DNA of 64,000 nucleotides, taken from an uncultured Bacteroidaceae bacterium (lineage in GTDB: Bacteria; CAIWAD01). Shown in pieces: positions 9,230-20,262 of this stretch (the first letter of the stretch is position 1; the number at the start of each line of letters is the position of its first letter). Under the pieces are notes generated by a model. That model saw only the letters and a list, made by a program, of their open reading frames with translations. It did not search any database and was not told where the DNA came from. The stretch lies in the NCBI GenBank assembly GCA_964568855.1, contig CAZMSD010000001.1, positions 75,197 through 139,196 of the forward strand, written 5' to 3'. Both the position numbers and the translations under genes were made by a program.

Positions 9230-11539
9230 TCACTGCTGATCGCTGACCACCGCACGGAAGAAACGCCGCTCACCTGGTTCCGGGGCATAAGTGAAGAAGG
9301 TCTCTTCCACAGTATCCAACAGGTTTTCCGCGCCGCAAGAGAAGTACGGCTCCTCTGATGAGTGGATCCTGTACCACACGCCGTTCAGTTCCGGGTAGGA
9401 GTTCCCCTGGTGGCTGCCTTCCGTGATGGCCTCCCAACTCAGCAGCAGCTCTCCCCCCTCGCGGGCAATGGACAGTTCCTGCACGGCGTCGGGCGCGATG
9501 TTGTCCACGGAGTATCCTCCCGCCAGCTCCGAAACGTAGTACCAGGGCGGTGTGGCGGTGTGCGCGGAGACGAAGAAGAGCGAGATGTTGTCCTCGACGC
9601 CACTGGAATCGCGGAAGGTCCCCGCCAGAACCGAGTACTCGTCCCATTGCATGGCCGCCAGGTAGGTGATCAGCACCCAGGTGGTGTCGTCGCGCAGGTA
9701 GTCCCGTCCGGGATCGACCAGGGCCTCACGCAGATTCTGTGTCACAACACGATCCCGAAGCGGAAAAGGATACATCTCCCAGAGATTGTAGCCGGTGACG
9801 GGCAGGTCCGATCCAGCGAAATCCAGCGGACTGCGTTGCCAGGTAACGATGACCTGACGACCCTGGTCCTCGGGCACGTCGCTGACGGCGCTGATCACAG
9901 GCGATCCCTCCCGGTGGTCGTAGAAGAAGGCTCCCATGTCCGCCGGGCTCCCGTCCGGATCGAGCGGAGAACCCGGATCGCCGCTGTCGATGCAGGGAGA
10001 ATTGTAACACAGGCGGAAGTCGCCGGAAGCGGCGTCCCGGAACTGGGGATCGGCATCGATGTTGCCTGTGCCCGGCCAGCCGCCCTCCACGTCGGAGTAG
10101 TCGACGCTGAGCCCTCCGTCGCTGACCAGCCCGCTCGAATTCCAGAAGACCGAGTTGGAAACGGTGCATACGCTGGATTGGCTGTAGACGTTGTAGACAG
10201 TGCCGTAAAAAGTGCAGTTGCCGACTTCAACCGGCGTGGAACACCCATTCAGTACGAGGCCGCGGTCCGCGTTCTCGTAGATCGAGCAGTAGTTGAGCGT
10301 GACAGTGGAATTATTGCAGTACAAGCCTATGGAGGTCTGGTGATGGATCCGGCAACTGTCCAGCTCGGGGGCCGCTCCGGCAGCGCAGTAGACTCCGGCT
10401 CCGCCGCCCTGCCGGATTTCCACGTTCTTCAGCGTGGGCGAGCTGCCGTTGCAGTAGACGGGCTCCCAGGAGCTGTACCCGGCGTACTCCACGATGCACC
10501 ACTGAAGCCTGAGCAGCGAGTCCACAGCATGCTGCGCGAAGTAGATTCCATCCCAGGTACCTGGATTCTCGCTCACAGTGGTGAACAGGATCGACGCTTC
10601 CTCCGTGCCCAGGGCCAGCAGCCCCCCCGGCAGGTCGGGATTGTCGTCGTCGCCCACGATGATCCCTGCCTGTGAACTAATTTCCAGCGTGATACCAGCC
10701 GCGAGTTCCAGCGTGGTCACCCCATCCGCGCCATACTGGCCCTGAACGTAGGTTTCGCCCGCCATCACGTAGAGAATTCCTGCGTTTTCCCAGAAGCTGT
10801 CTCGCGTGACCGTACCACCCCAGATATGGAAAAATTCGTTCGTGTGACCAGAATAGCTGTTGCCGGAGAAGCCTCCCATCTGTCCCGAATATGCGGAGAC
10901 GGGACAGCCGTTGGAGACGAAATCGCAATCGACCACCTGGGGATGAGGCGCGGGATCGTCCAGGATAATGCCGTAACTACCGTTGGACTCGATCCGGCAA
11001 TCGGCGAACACCGCTTCGGAGAAACCGGCAACCAGGATGCCGTAGCCGTTGTTGGTGCTGATCTCGCAGTCGCTGATTGCGGGAGAAGCATCCTGCAAGT
11101 AGGCACCGGCCCAGGAGTTGCCTGTAATCCGGCAGTGGCTTAGGGTGGGGCTCGCGCCGCTTAAGTAGAGACCGCCGCCGACTTCGACCTCTTCCGCCCC
11201 CCGGATCTCGAATCCTCTGACGATGCTGCCCGGACCCTCGCCGCTCTGGAAGACCAGGGTGCTTATACCTATCACAGGGCCGCCCGAGATCACCGTCTGG
11301 CTTACGTAGGATGTATCACCGGTTGTCAAGTAGAGCGATCCGAGCGTGAGCTGGCGGCCGCCGAAGTCGACGGATTCCGCGTAGTCGCCGGGCTGCACAA
11401 GAACCGTGTCTCCTGGCGAGCTGGCCATGATTCCATCGAGGATGGTGGGTTGCTCCGTCGGTACGTGAATGATGGTGGACCGGGCGGGCAGGCTCAATCC
11501 GACCACGACAAGCAGGAATGGAAAGTTGAAGCCTCGCAT
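9230..11539 (-). CDS. secreted right-handed parallel beta-helix repeat protein
   Basis: Signal peptide MRGFNFPFLLVVVGLSLPARS. Many NxxGxG / CxIxxN beta-helix turns and Cys-rich repeats. Start ATG 11537-11539 with AAGGAGG RBS. Confidence 0.75.
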   Translation of the reverse strand: MRGFNFPFLLVVVGLSLPARSTIIHVPTEQPTILDGIMASSPGDTVLVQPGDYAESVDFGGRQLTLGSLYLTTGDTSYVSQTVISGGPVIGISTLVFQSGEGPGSIVRGFEIRGAEEVEVGGGLYLSGASPTLSHCRITGNSWAGAYLQDASPAISDCEISTNNGYGILVAGFSEAVFADCRIESNGSYGIILDDPAPHPQVVDCDFVSNGCPVSAYSGQMGGFSGNSYSGHTNEFFHIWGGTVTRDSFWENAGILYVMAGETYVQGQYGADGVTTLELAAGITLEISSQAGIIVGDDDNPDLPGGLLALGTEEASILFTTVSENPGTWDGIYFAQHAVDSLLRLQWCIVEYAGYSSWEPVYCNGSSPTLKNVEIRQGGGAGVYCAAGAAPELDSCRIHHQTSIGLYCNNSTVTLNYCSIYENADRGLVLNGCSTPVEVGNCTFYGTVYNVYSQSSVCTVSNSVFWNSSGLVSDGGLSVDYSDVEGGWPGTGNIDADPQFRDAASGDFRLCYNSPCIDSGDPGSPLDPDGSPADMGAFFYDHREGSPVISAVSDVPEDQGRQVIVTWQRSPLDFAGSDLPVTGYNLWEMYPFPLRDRVVTQNLREALVDPGRDYLRDDTTWVLITYLAAMQWDEYSVLAGTFRDSSGVEDNISLFFVSAHTATPPWYYVSELAGGYSVDNIAPDAVQELSIAREGGELLLSWEAITEGSHQGNSYPELNGVWYRIHSSEEPYFSCGAENLLDTVEETFFTYAPEPGERRFFRAVVSDQQ

Positions 11540-11724
11540 AGTGCCCTCCTTGCGGAATGAAGTATTCTGCAGGGGCGGCAGGATGGCGTCGGCCCCTGCG
11601 CTGTGCAATGAGAATCAAGCAAAAACCGCGCCTCAAGATAAGGCCAGGTTATTTAAACACTTGAGGTCATGCCAATATTGTCGTTGTTCAATAACCGACG
11701 CCGCTGTAATACAGAGAAATGAAA

Positions 11725-11752
11725 CCGCCCCCGCGATATATCGCGGGGGCGG
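11725..11752 (-). terminator. rho-independent terminator downstream of asnA
   Basis: Perfect GC-rich palindrome CCGCCCCCGCGATAT/ATATCGCGGGGGCGG, followed on the minus strand by a T-rich run (rc of gaaatgaaa). Confidence 0.6.
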
Positions 11753-11785
11753 CGTGTATTACGGAATCGTGTCGCGGATCCCGTG

Positions 11786-12916
11786 CTACTCCAGCACGTG
11801 GATGTTCTTCTCGCGGCACATCTCCTTGAGGATCTTCGGCCACACGGTAACGCTCACCTCGCCCAGGTGGGCCTTGCGCAACAGCAGCATGTAGGTGCGC
11901 GACTGCCCGATGCCGCCGCCGATGGCCAGGGGCAGCTCGCCCGAGACGATGGACTTGTGATACGGCAGCTCGAGGAATTCGGTCTGGCCGGTGATCTCGA
12001 GCTGCTTCTTAAGCGTGTCGGCGTTGACGCGAATGCCCATCGAGGTCAGCTCGTGACGGCGCTGGGTCAGGTGGTTCCAGACCAGGATGTCGCCGTTCAG
12101 GCCGTGCATGGGCCGCCCGTCCTCTGAATAGGTCTCGGTGACCCAGTCGTCGTAGTCCGGGGCGCGCATCTCGTGCGGGTAGCCGTCCTCCAGGGTCCAG
12201 CCGATGCCGTAGATGAATACGGCGCCGCACTCCTGAAGGATCTTGGTCTCGCGGGCCTTGCGCGGCAGATCGGGGTACCTGGCCAGCAGGTCCTCGGCGT
12301 GGATGAAGACCAGCTCCTCGGGCAGGTTGGGATAGCGCTCGTCCACCAGCTGGGGAAACAGCTCCTGGGCATGGCGCTCGGCGCCGCAGAGCACTTTCCA
12401 GATCCGCTGCACCGTGTCCTTCAGGTACTCCAGGTTGCGGTGCTCTTCGGTGATCACGCGCTCCCAGTCCCACTGGTCCACGTATGCGCTGTGGTCGTGA
12501 TCCAGGAAGTAGTCCTTGCGCACCGCGTGCATGTCGGTGAAGAGGCCCTCCCCCGCTTCCATCTCGAACTGCTTCAGCGCCACGCGCTTCCACTTGGTGG
12601 CCGCCTGCACCACCTGGGCGTCGATGGGGTTCTTGCCGCGATCGTTGGAGATGTGAAACTCGATGGGCGTGCGCGAACCGTCGCGGTCCAGGTAGTCGTT
12701 GACGCCGCTTTCCACGTCCACGATCAGCGGCACCGTGACGCGGATCAGGTTGAGCTCGCGGCAGAGGCCCTGCTCGATGCAGTCCTTCACCGCCGTGATG
12801 GCCTGCTGGGTTTCCTTGGGATTCAGCAGCGAGCCGTAGTTGTGCGGCAGAACCTCGCGCAGTTCATCGTAACTGCCGATGCCCGGTCCCGCCAGATCGT
12901 CTTGCTTGTGGGTCAT
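11786..12916 (-). CDS. asnA: aspartate--ammonia ligase (asparagine synthetase A)
   Basis: Full-length similarity pattern to AsnA including the C-terminal GGGIGQSRTYMLLL block; 376 aa. Confidence 0.85.
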   Translation of the reverse strand: MTHKQDDLAGPGIGSYDELREVLPHNYGSLLNPKETQQAITAVKDCIEQGLCRELNLIRVTVPLIVDVESGVNDYLDRDGSRTPIEFHISNDRGKNPIDAQVVQAATKWKRVALKQFEMEAGEGLFTDMHAVRKDYFLDHDHSAYVDQWDWERVITEEHRNLEYLKDTVQRIWKVLCGAERHAQELFPQLVDERYPNLPEELVFIHAEDLLARYPDLPRKARETKILQECGAVFIYGIGWTLEDGYPHEMRAPDYDDWVTETYSEDGRPMHGLNGDILVWNHLTQRRHELTSMGIRVNADTLKKQLEITGQTEFLELPYHKSIVSGELPLAIGGGIGQSRTYMLLLRKAHLGEVSVTVWPKILKEMCREKNIHVLE

Positions 12917-12999
12917 TCTGCTTCTTCCTATCTGCTGATTATGTGTTCTAAAAGGACGGCTGTCAAGCTACAAACAGCAGTCTGCATGAACAATATGGA

Positions 13000-15900
13000 T
13001 CAGGCCTCGGACTTCCGCGGGTCCGCTTTCCCGCCGAGTCCCCGGCCGATGATGGGCAAAGTCCGTTCCTTGTGGAAGGCGATGACGCGCTCCACTTCCT
13101 CCATCATGGCGACCTTCTTTTCGCCGGAGGCGCGGTAACGCATGTCCACGATCTCGGCACCGGCGATTCCTTCGCCGCCCAGGAATACGCCGCCCATCAC
13201 CAGCATGTGATCCGGGAGGGCGTCGATGCGGTTGGCCGCGGCCCAGGCCCGGCACCAGGCCCGTGAGGTGGCCTTGAGATCGTAGCCCCCACCGCCCAGC
13301 AGGAGCAGGTGCATGCTGTAGTTGCGCAGGTGCTTGAGGGCGCTTTCCATGCCGTTGTTGGTGAAGTGCAGGTTGGCCAGCGGGTCCGACTTGTGGGTAT
13401 CTGCGCCTATCACGGCCACCACCACGTAGGGAGCGAAGCGTGTCACGGCCGGGGTGATCACTTCATCGAAGACCTTCTCGAGGACTTCGTCGTCGCTTTC
13501 CTCGGGCAGCGGCAGATTGATCGTGAAGCCCTGGCCCATGTCCTCGCCGATCTCGGTCTCGAAACCGCTCCAGGGGTAGATAGTCTTGCCCGTCTGGTGC
13601 AGCGAGACGGTCAGCACGCGGTCGTCGCGGTAGTAGGCGTCCTGGACGCCGTTGCCGTGGTGGGCGTCGATGTCGATGTAGGCCACCCGGAAGCCCCGGG
13701 CGATAAACATGTCGATGGCCGCCACCGCGTCATTGACGTAGCAGAATCCCTCGGCGTGGGAACGGCTGGCGTGATGGAATCCGCCCAGGGGATTGAAGAC
13801 CACGTTGGCGTTGTCCTCGATGATCAGCTCGGCGGCGGTGATGGTGGCCGAAGAGTACAGCAGCACATAGTCGAAGAGGCTCCGGAAGACCGGGCAGTCC
13901 TCCACGCCTAGGTTGAACTGCAGGTACTCCTCTTTCCACTGCCCGTCGTTGGCCTCCTCGAGAGCGTCGATGAAGGCCGGGCTGTGCGACTCGATCAGGC
14001 GCTGCTTGGTGACCATCCGCGGCTCCTCCACGCGCATCCAGGGTTCATTGAGGTAGCCCTGCTGGTTGATCAGGTTCAGCGCGGCCCGCGCGCGGCCGGG
14101 ATCGAAGGGATGCTCGTCGCCGTATGAGAAGTCGCCGAAACGCCCCGAATAGACGATGATGCTGTCCTTGGGACGCATCACGTCCTCGGCGGGGAAGCAG
14201 ACGGTGAAGATCGTGGTGCCCGATTCGGAGAGCCGGGTGGCCGTGGGCCAGGCGCGGTTGAGCAGCGATATGGTGGGCGCGTTCTCGGGAATCACCTCGG
14301 CGTAGACGCCCGCAAGGCCCCGCGAGTAGGCGATCTTGCTCAGGTAGTTAGCCAGAGTGGTGCCGATACCCCGCTTCCAGTAGCTCTCGAGCACCACGAT
14401 GTCGAACTCGCCCATCTTGTTGGCCGGGTTGTACATGTAGCGCCCCTCGGCCACGATCTTCGGATTCCTCCAGGGACCCACCAGACCCACGATGGCCATG
14501 TCCCGGCTGTAATCGATGGCGGCCAGCTCCTGGGCCATCTCGTGGCTCAGGGCCTTGACCGTCCCGTGATACCTCATCCGGATCGTCTCCGGGGATAGGG
14601 AATAGAACATCCGCTGCAGGCGGTGCGCGTCGCAGGGGCGCACGGGGCGGTAGCGGATCTCGGTGCCGTCCTCGCAGGTCTGGGAGAATTCGTACTGGTG
14701 CGGATAGACGCAGCCGGTCTCGGGAGGTATGGGCTGCTCCGCGCTGACGTACTTGTGCTGCACGGCTTCCTCCAGCAGCTGCTGGCGGAACTTGGGGTGG
14801 GCGATGGAGATCAGAGTGATGGCCCGCTCGCGGATCGACAGGCCGTAGAGGTTGACGATGCCGTACTCCGTGACCACGTAGTCGATCTTGCCCCGGTCGA
14901 AAACCACGCCGCGGCCGAAACTGGCGCCCACGATGCGCGAGTGCTGACCGTCGGGCGTGGTGGAGGGCAGGGCCGTAATGGTGAAGCCGTTCCGGGAAGC
15001 CCGGGCGCCGTCGATGAAATCCATGCTGCTGGGCAGGCTGCTCTTCTGCAAAGCGTGCTCCGTCATCCCGCGGGCCATCCCCGTGAGTTCCATTTCCCGA
15101 ACAGAGTGGATCGCCACCATGCTGTCGTTCCGCGCGACGAGGCTCGGGTAGCCCACCTCGTCCACCGGCAGGAACTCGATGTAGGGATTACGGTCCAGGG
15201 CCTTGTACAATTCACGGGAACCCATGGCCATTGAGGCCACGGTCTTCCCCTTATGGACCTGCTTCTTCATGTTCGTCACGGCACCGGTGCGGATCAGGCG
15301 CAGGATGTCGTCCGTGAGGATGTCCGTGTGAATGCCCAGGTCCCGCCGGGTGTCCAGGTAGCGCATTGTGGCGGCGCTGATGGGGCCGCGGCCGAAGTGC
15401 AGCGTCATGCCGTCGGAGATCAGGCTGGCGATGTGCCGGCCTATGGTCAGCGACACGGGATCCAGCTCGGGCACGGGCACCTCGAGCAGCTCCGTGTTGC
15501 CCTCCACCAGGCAGTCGAGGCCCTCCACCGGCACCAGGGTGTCGCCGATGGTCACCGGCATGTGTTCGTTGACCTGGGCGATCACCAGGCCGGCGTTTTC
15601 CACGGCGGCCTTGGTGGCGTCGACGGCCACGCCCAGACTGCAGCGGCCGAATTCATCGGGCGGTGATACCTGCACCAGGGCGATGTCCACTTCCACGATA
15701 CCCTCGGCCATGGCCTTGGGCAGTTCGCTTACGCGCATGGGAGTGAAATCGGTCAGCAGGTCGGCGTCGGTCCCGGAACCGTGGCGACCGATGTAGAAGC
15801 TGTTGTAGCGGATGCTGTTCTTCAGCCCGCTGCCCGCCAGCCGGGATTCCTCGCGGGCGGTGGCCAGGTGGATCACCTCGATGTCGCGGAACCGGGAAGC

Positions 15901-16047
15901 CATCTCGGCCAGCGTGTCCGTCAGCAGCAGGGGCTCGCCGGCTCCCGAACCGATTACGATGGTCCGGCCGTTGCTGATGCGGGACAGCGCTTCCCCCGCC
16001 GAACACACCTTGGCGCCGTAGAGGTCCTTCCAGTTCGAGCTGCTCAT
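13000..16047 (-). CDS. three-domain fusion: acetyl-CoA hydrolase/CoA-transferase family domain + GNAT acetyltransferase + HDAC-type (AcuC-like) deacetylase
   Basis: N-terminal ~440 aa resembles 4-hydroxybutyrate/acetyl-CoA transferases. Middle has GNAT motif A (WKRGIGTTL). C-terminal ~370 aa has DIDAHHGNGVQ and GGGGY, the class I/II HDAC metal-binding and catalytic-Tyr motifs. Start has a GGAGGAG RBS. Confidence 0.8.
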   Translation of the reverse strand: MSSSNWKDLYGAKVCSAGEALSRISNGRTIVIGSGAGEPLLLTDTLAEMASRFRDIEVIHLATAREESRLAGSGLKNSIRYNSFYIGRHGSGTDADLLTDFTPMRVSELPKAMAEGIVEVDIALVQVSPPDEFGRCSLGVAVDATKAAVENAGLVIAQVNEHMPVTIGDTLVPVEGLDCLVEGNTELLEVPVPELDPVSLTIGRHIASLISDGMTLHFGRGPISAATMRYLDTRRDLGIHTDILTDDILRLIRTGAVTNMKKQVHKGKTVASMAMGSRELYKALDRNPYIEFLPVDEVGYPSLVARNDSMVAIHSVREMELTGMARGMTEHALQKSSLPSSMDFIDGARASRNGFTITALPSTTPDGQHSRIVGASFGRGVVFDRGKIDYVVTEYGIVNLYGLSIRERAITLISIAHPKFRQQLLEEAVQHKYVSAEQPIPPETGCVYPHQYEFSQTCEDGTEIRYRPVRPCDAHRLQRMFYSLSPETIRMRYHGTVKALSHEMAQELAAIDYSRDMAIVGLVGPWRNPKIVAEGRYMYNPANKMGEFDIVVLESYWKRGIGTTLANYLSKIAYSRGLAGVYAEVIPENAPTISLLNRAWPTATRLSESGTTIFTVCFPAEDVMRPKDSIIVYSGRFGDFSYGDEHPFDPGRARAALNLINQQGYLNEPWMRVEEPRMVTKQRLIESHSPAFIDALEEANDGQWKEEYLQFNLGVEDCPVFRSLFDYVLLYSSATITAAELIIEDNANVVFNPLGGFHHASRSHAEGFCYVNDAVAAIDMFIARGFRVAYIDIDAHHGNGVQDAYYRDDRVLTVSLHQTGKTIYPWSGFETEIGEDMGQGFTINLPLPEESDDEVLEKVFDEVITPAVTRFAPYVVVAVIGADTHKSDPLANLHFTNNGMESALKHLRNYSMHLLLLGGGGYDLKATSRAWCRAWAAANRIDALPDHMLVMGGVFLGGEGIAGAEIVDMRYRASGEKKVAMMEEVERVIAFHKERTLPIIGRGLGGKADPRKSEA

Positions 16048-16306
16048 GGGGCTCTCCTCCGCTGTGGCCGGCCTCTTGGGGAATGCTCCCGGCGCCGGCG
16101 CAGCGGCAATTTGCAGAAAAGTGCCGATAAGGGCCGCGCCCTCCGCGGGAACCGCGGGAGTGAAGGGGGGACGGCTCCGCGGAACCGTCCCCCGATGATG
16201 TACTTAACAGCGGACTGTGGAAGCGGGTCGCGGTTTGTGACACGTACCCTTGCTTCCCGGTGATAAGCCTGGCAATCCCGGATACGATCGGGACCGGGAT
16301 CCCGCC

Positions 16307-18280
<1,974 letters not shown>

Positions 18281-18449
18281 GAATAACCTCCCTAGCGGTA
18301 TTTGGTGAGCGCCGGTTTCGGGCGGAGGCTTGGGGCCCGCCCTCTCCGGCGATCCGGCCTCGCGGCGCAACCGAGTGCGGCCCGGCCGGCATTTGCCTTT
18401 ATCCTATCGGCAGTTGAACTGCCGGAATCGTCTCGTCCTCCCGATTCTC

Positions 18450-19748
18450 TCAGGCGGCCCGGTGATGGGGGCGCTTCACGAGGAAAGACACCACCGCGGC
18501 CACCAGGCATACGATGCCGGAAATGATGAAGGCCGGCATCCAGGCATTCACGCCTTTGGACACCCCCGCGTCGCGGAAAATGCCCGCCATGATGGGACCG
18601 ACGATACCGCCCACTCCGTAGGCCAGGAAGACCCAGCCGTAGTTCTTGCCCACGTTCTTGGTGCCGAAGGTGTCGGCCGTGGCCACGGGAAAGAGGGCGA
18701 AGTTGCCGCCGAAGTTGAAACCGATGATGGCGGAGCCCACGTACAGGAGAATCACGCTGGAGCCCATCCAGAAGAAGAGCAGCATGATCAGGCCCTGCAG
18801 GGCGCACATGATCACCACCGAGCGGCGCCAGCCGAGGAAGTCGGAAATGGTGCCCCAGGCGATGCGGCCGATGCCGTTGGCCAGCGAGAAGAATACCGCC
18901 ATGGCCGTTCCCGCGATGGCGCTGGCCTTCACTGCGTCGTAGCCGCTGCTCTTCAGGGCGTCGATACCGAAGAGCTTGATGATGCCGATGGTCATCAGGC
19001 CCGCCATGGCCGAGAAGATGAAGGTGATGAGAATCATGTAATACTGCTTGGTGCCCAGCATCTCGCCCGATTCGAAATCCGCTGCGGGAGCTTCGTGGCC
19101 GCTCTGGTTCGGGTCGGGCGGCGTCCATCCGGCGGGCTGCCAGCCATCGGGAGGATAGACCATCCAGACGGCGCCGATGCAGACCATCACCATGAAGATG
19201 ATCCCGTAGAGGAAGAAGACGCTCTGGACCGTGGGCAGGCCGAAGAGGATGAAGTTCTCGAGCAGCTTGCCCCAGGCGCCGGCCAGCTTGACCCAGCCCA
19301 TGGCGCCGAAGCCGAAGCCGGCCACGGCCAGACCGGTGATGAAACCTTTCTTGTCGGGGAACCAGCGCATGCCCACCGCAATGGGTGTGACGTAGGCCAG
19401 GCCGATGCCCGCGCCGCCAAGCAGTCCGATGAAGATGAACTGCGCGGCGAAGTTGCCGCCCAGGACACCGGCCAGCATGTAGCCCGCGCCGAGGACCACG
19501 CCGCCGGCCAGGGCCACCGTGCGGGGACCCACCCGGGCCATCCAGCGTCCGGCCAGCACCATGACCACGGCGAAGGCCGCCAGTCCGGCCGAGAAGATGA
19601 CCTGCGTCTGGGTGGCGGTGAAGCTGTAGGGTGCCGCTTTCAGCAGCGGCGTGAAGACCGACCAGGCATAGATCGCTCCCAGCGCCAGCTGGATCAGCAG
19701 GGCTCCCACCACCACAAGCCAGCGGTTCATCACTCTGTCGTCACTCAT
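18450..19748 (-). CDS. MFS transporter, oxalate/formate antiporter (OFA) family; possible monocarboxylate carrier
   Basis: 12-TM hydrophobic profile, and the IYAWSVF motif typical of OFA-family MFS. Confidence 0.75.
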   Translation of the reverse strand: MSDDRVMNRWLVVVGALLIQLALGAIYAWSVFTPLLKAAPYSFTATQTQVIFSAGLAAFAVVMVLAGRWMARVGPRTVALAGGVVLGAGYMLAGVLGGNFAAQFIFIGLLGGAGIGLAYVTPIAVGMRWFPDKKGFITGLAVAGFGFGAMGWVKLAGAWGKLLENFILFGLPTVQSVFFLYGIIFMVMVCIGAVWMVYPPDGWQPAGWTPPDPNQSGHEAPAADFESGEMLGTKQYYMILITFIFSAMAGLMTIGIIKLFGIDALKSSGYDAVKASAIAGTAMAVFFSLANGIGRIAWGTISDFLGWRRSVVIMCALQGLIMLLFFWMGSSVILLYVGSAIIGFNFGGNFALFPVATADTFGTKNVGKNYGWVFLAYGVGGIVGPIMAGIFRDAGVSKGVNAWMPAFIISGIVCLVAAVVSFLVKRPHHRAA

Positions 19749-20262
19749 TGCTACCTCTTGCTCTCAGCAAAGCGGGTCCACCTTTCGGTCCGCCTCCGCC
19801 GCCGTGGCCCGGAGCGTGAACGGAAGCGACTCAGCGAAGCTCTTCGCGCCGTGGCGAAGAGAATCCAAAGTATCATGTTAAGCTACTAACACAGTGCAGG
19901 AAACACAATATCAGGGCTCCTGGCCACGCCTGAAAGCGCTCCCTCGACACCCCGCCAGGTGCGAATCCATTGAGCTGGACGATCTGGATAGCCTGCAGGT
20001 TATTCGGTCCAATTAACATCCGTGTTGTTAATCAACCAATAAAATGCGTGGTTCAGCATTGGGGAGAACGGGTATGGAAATTGCAGTTCTTCACCTCGTC
20101 GCAACCGTCGGGCTCCCGATCCGCTCGCCAGCGCGCGTGGAGCGGAAGAGACGACACGCAGTCCGCATCCGGCACTTCTCAAGCTACTGCATGCCTGCCC
20201 GCCCGGCGGTTTCCGGTCCACCCGCGAACCGATCACATCATCCGATACAGAAAGGGGGAAGC

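Noticed and set aside
18408-18424. Small hairpin CGGCAG-TTGAA-CTGCCG downstream of the MFS gene
   Set aside because: Short stem, and it is followed by an A-rich rather than U-rich tract on the transcribed strand. Too weak to call a terminator.
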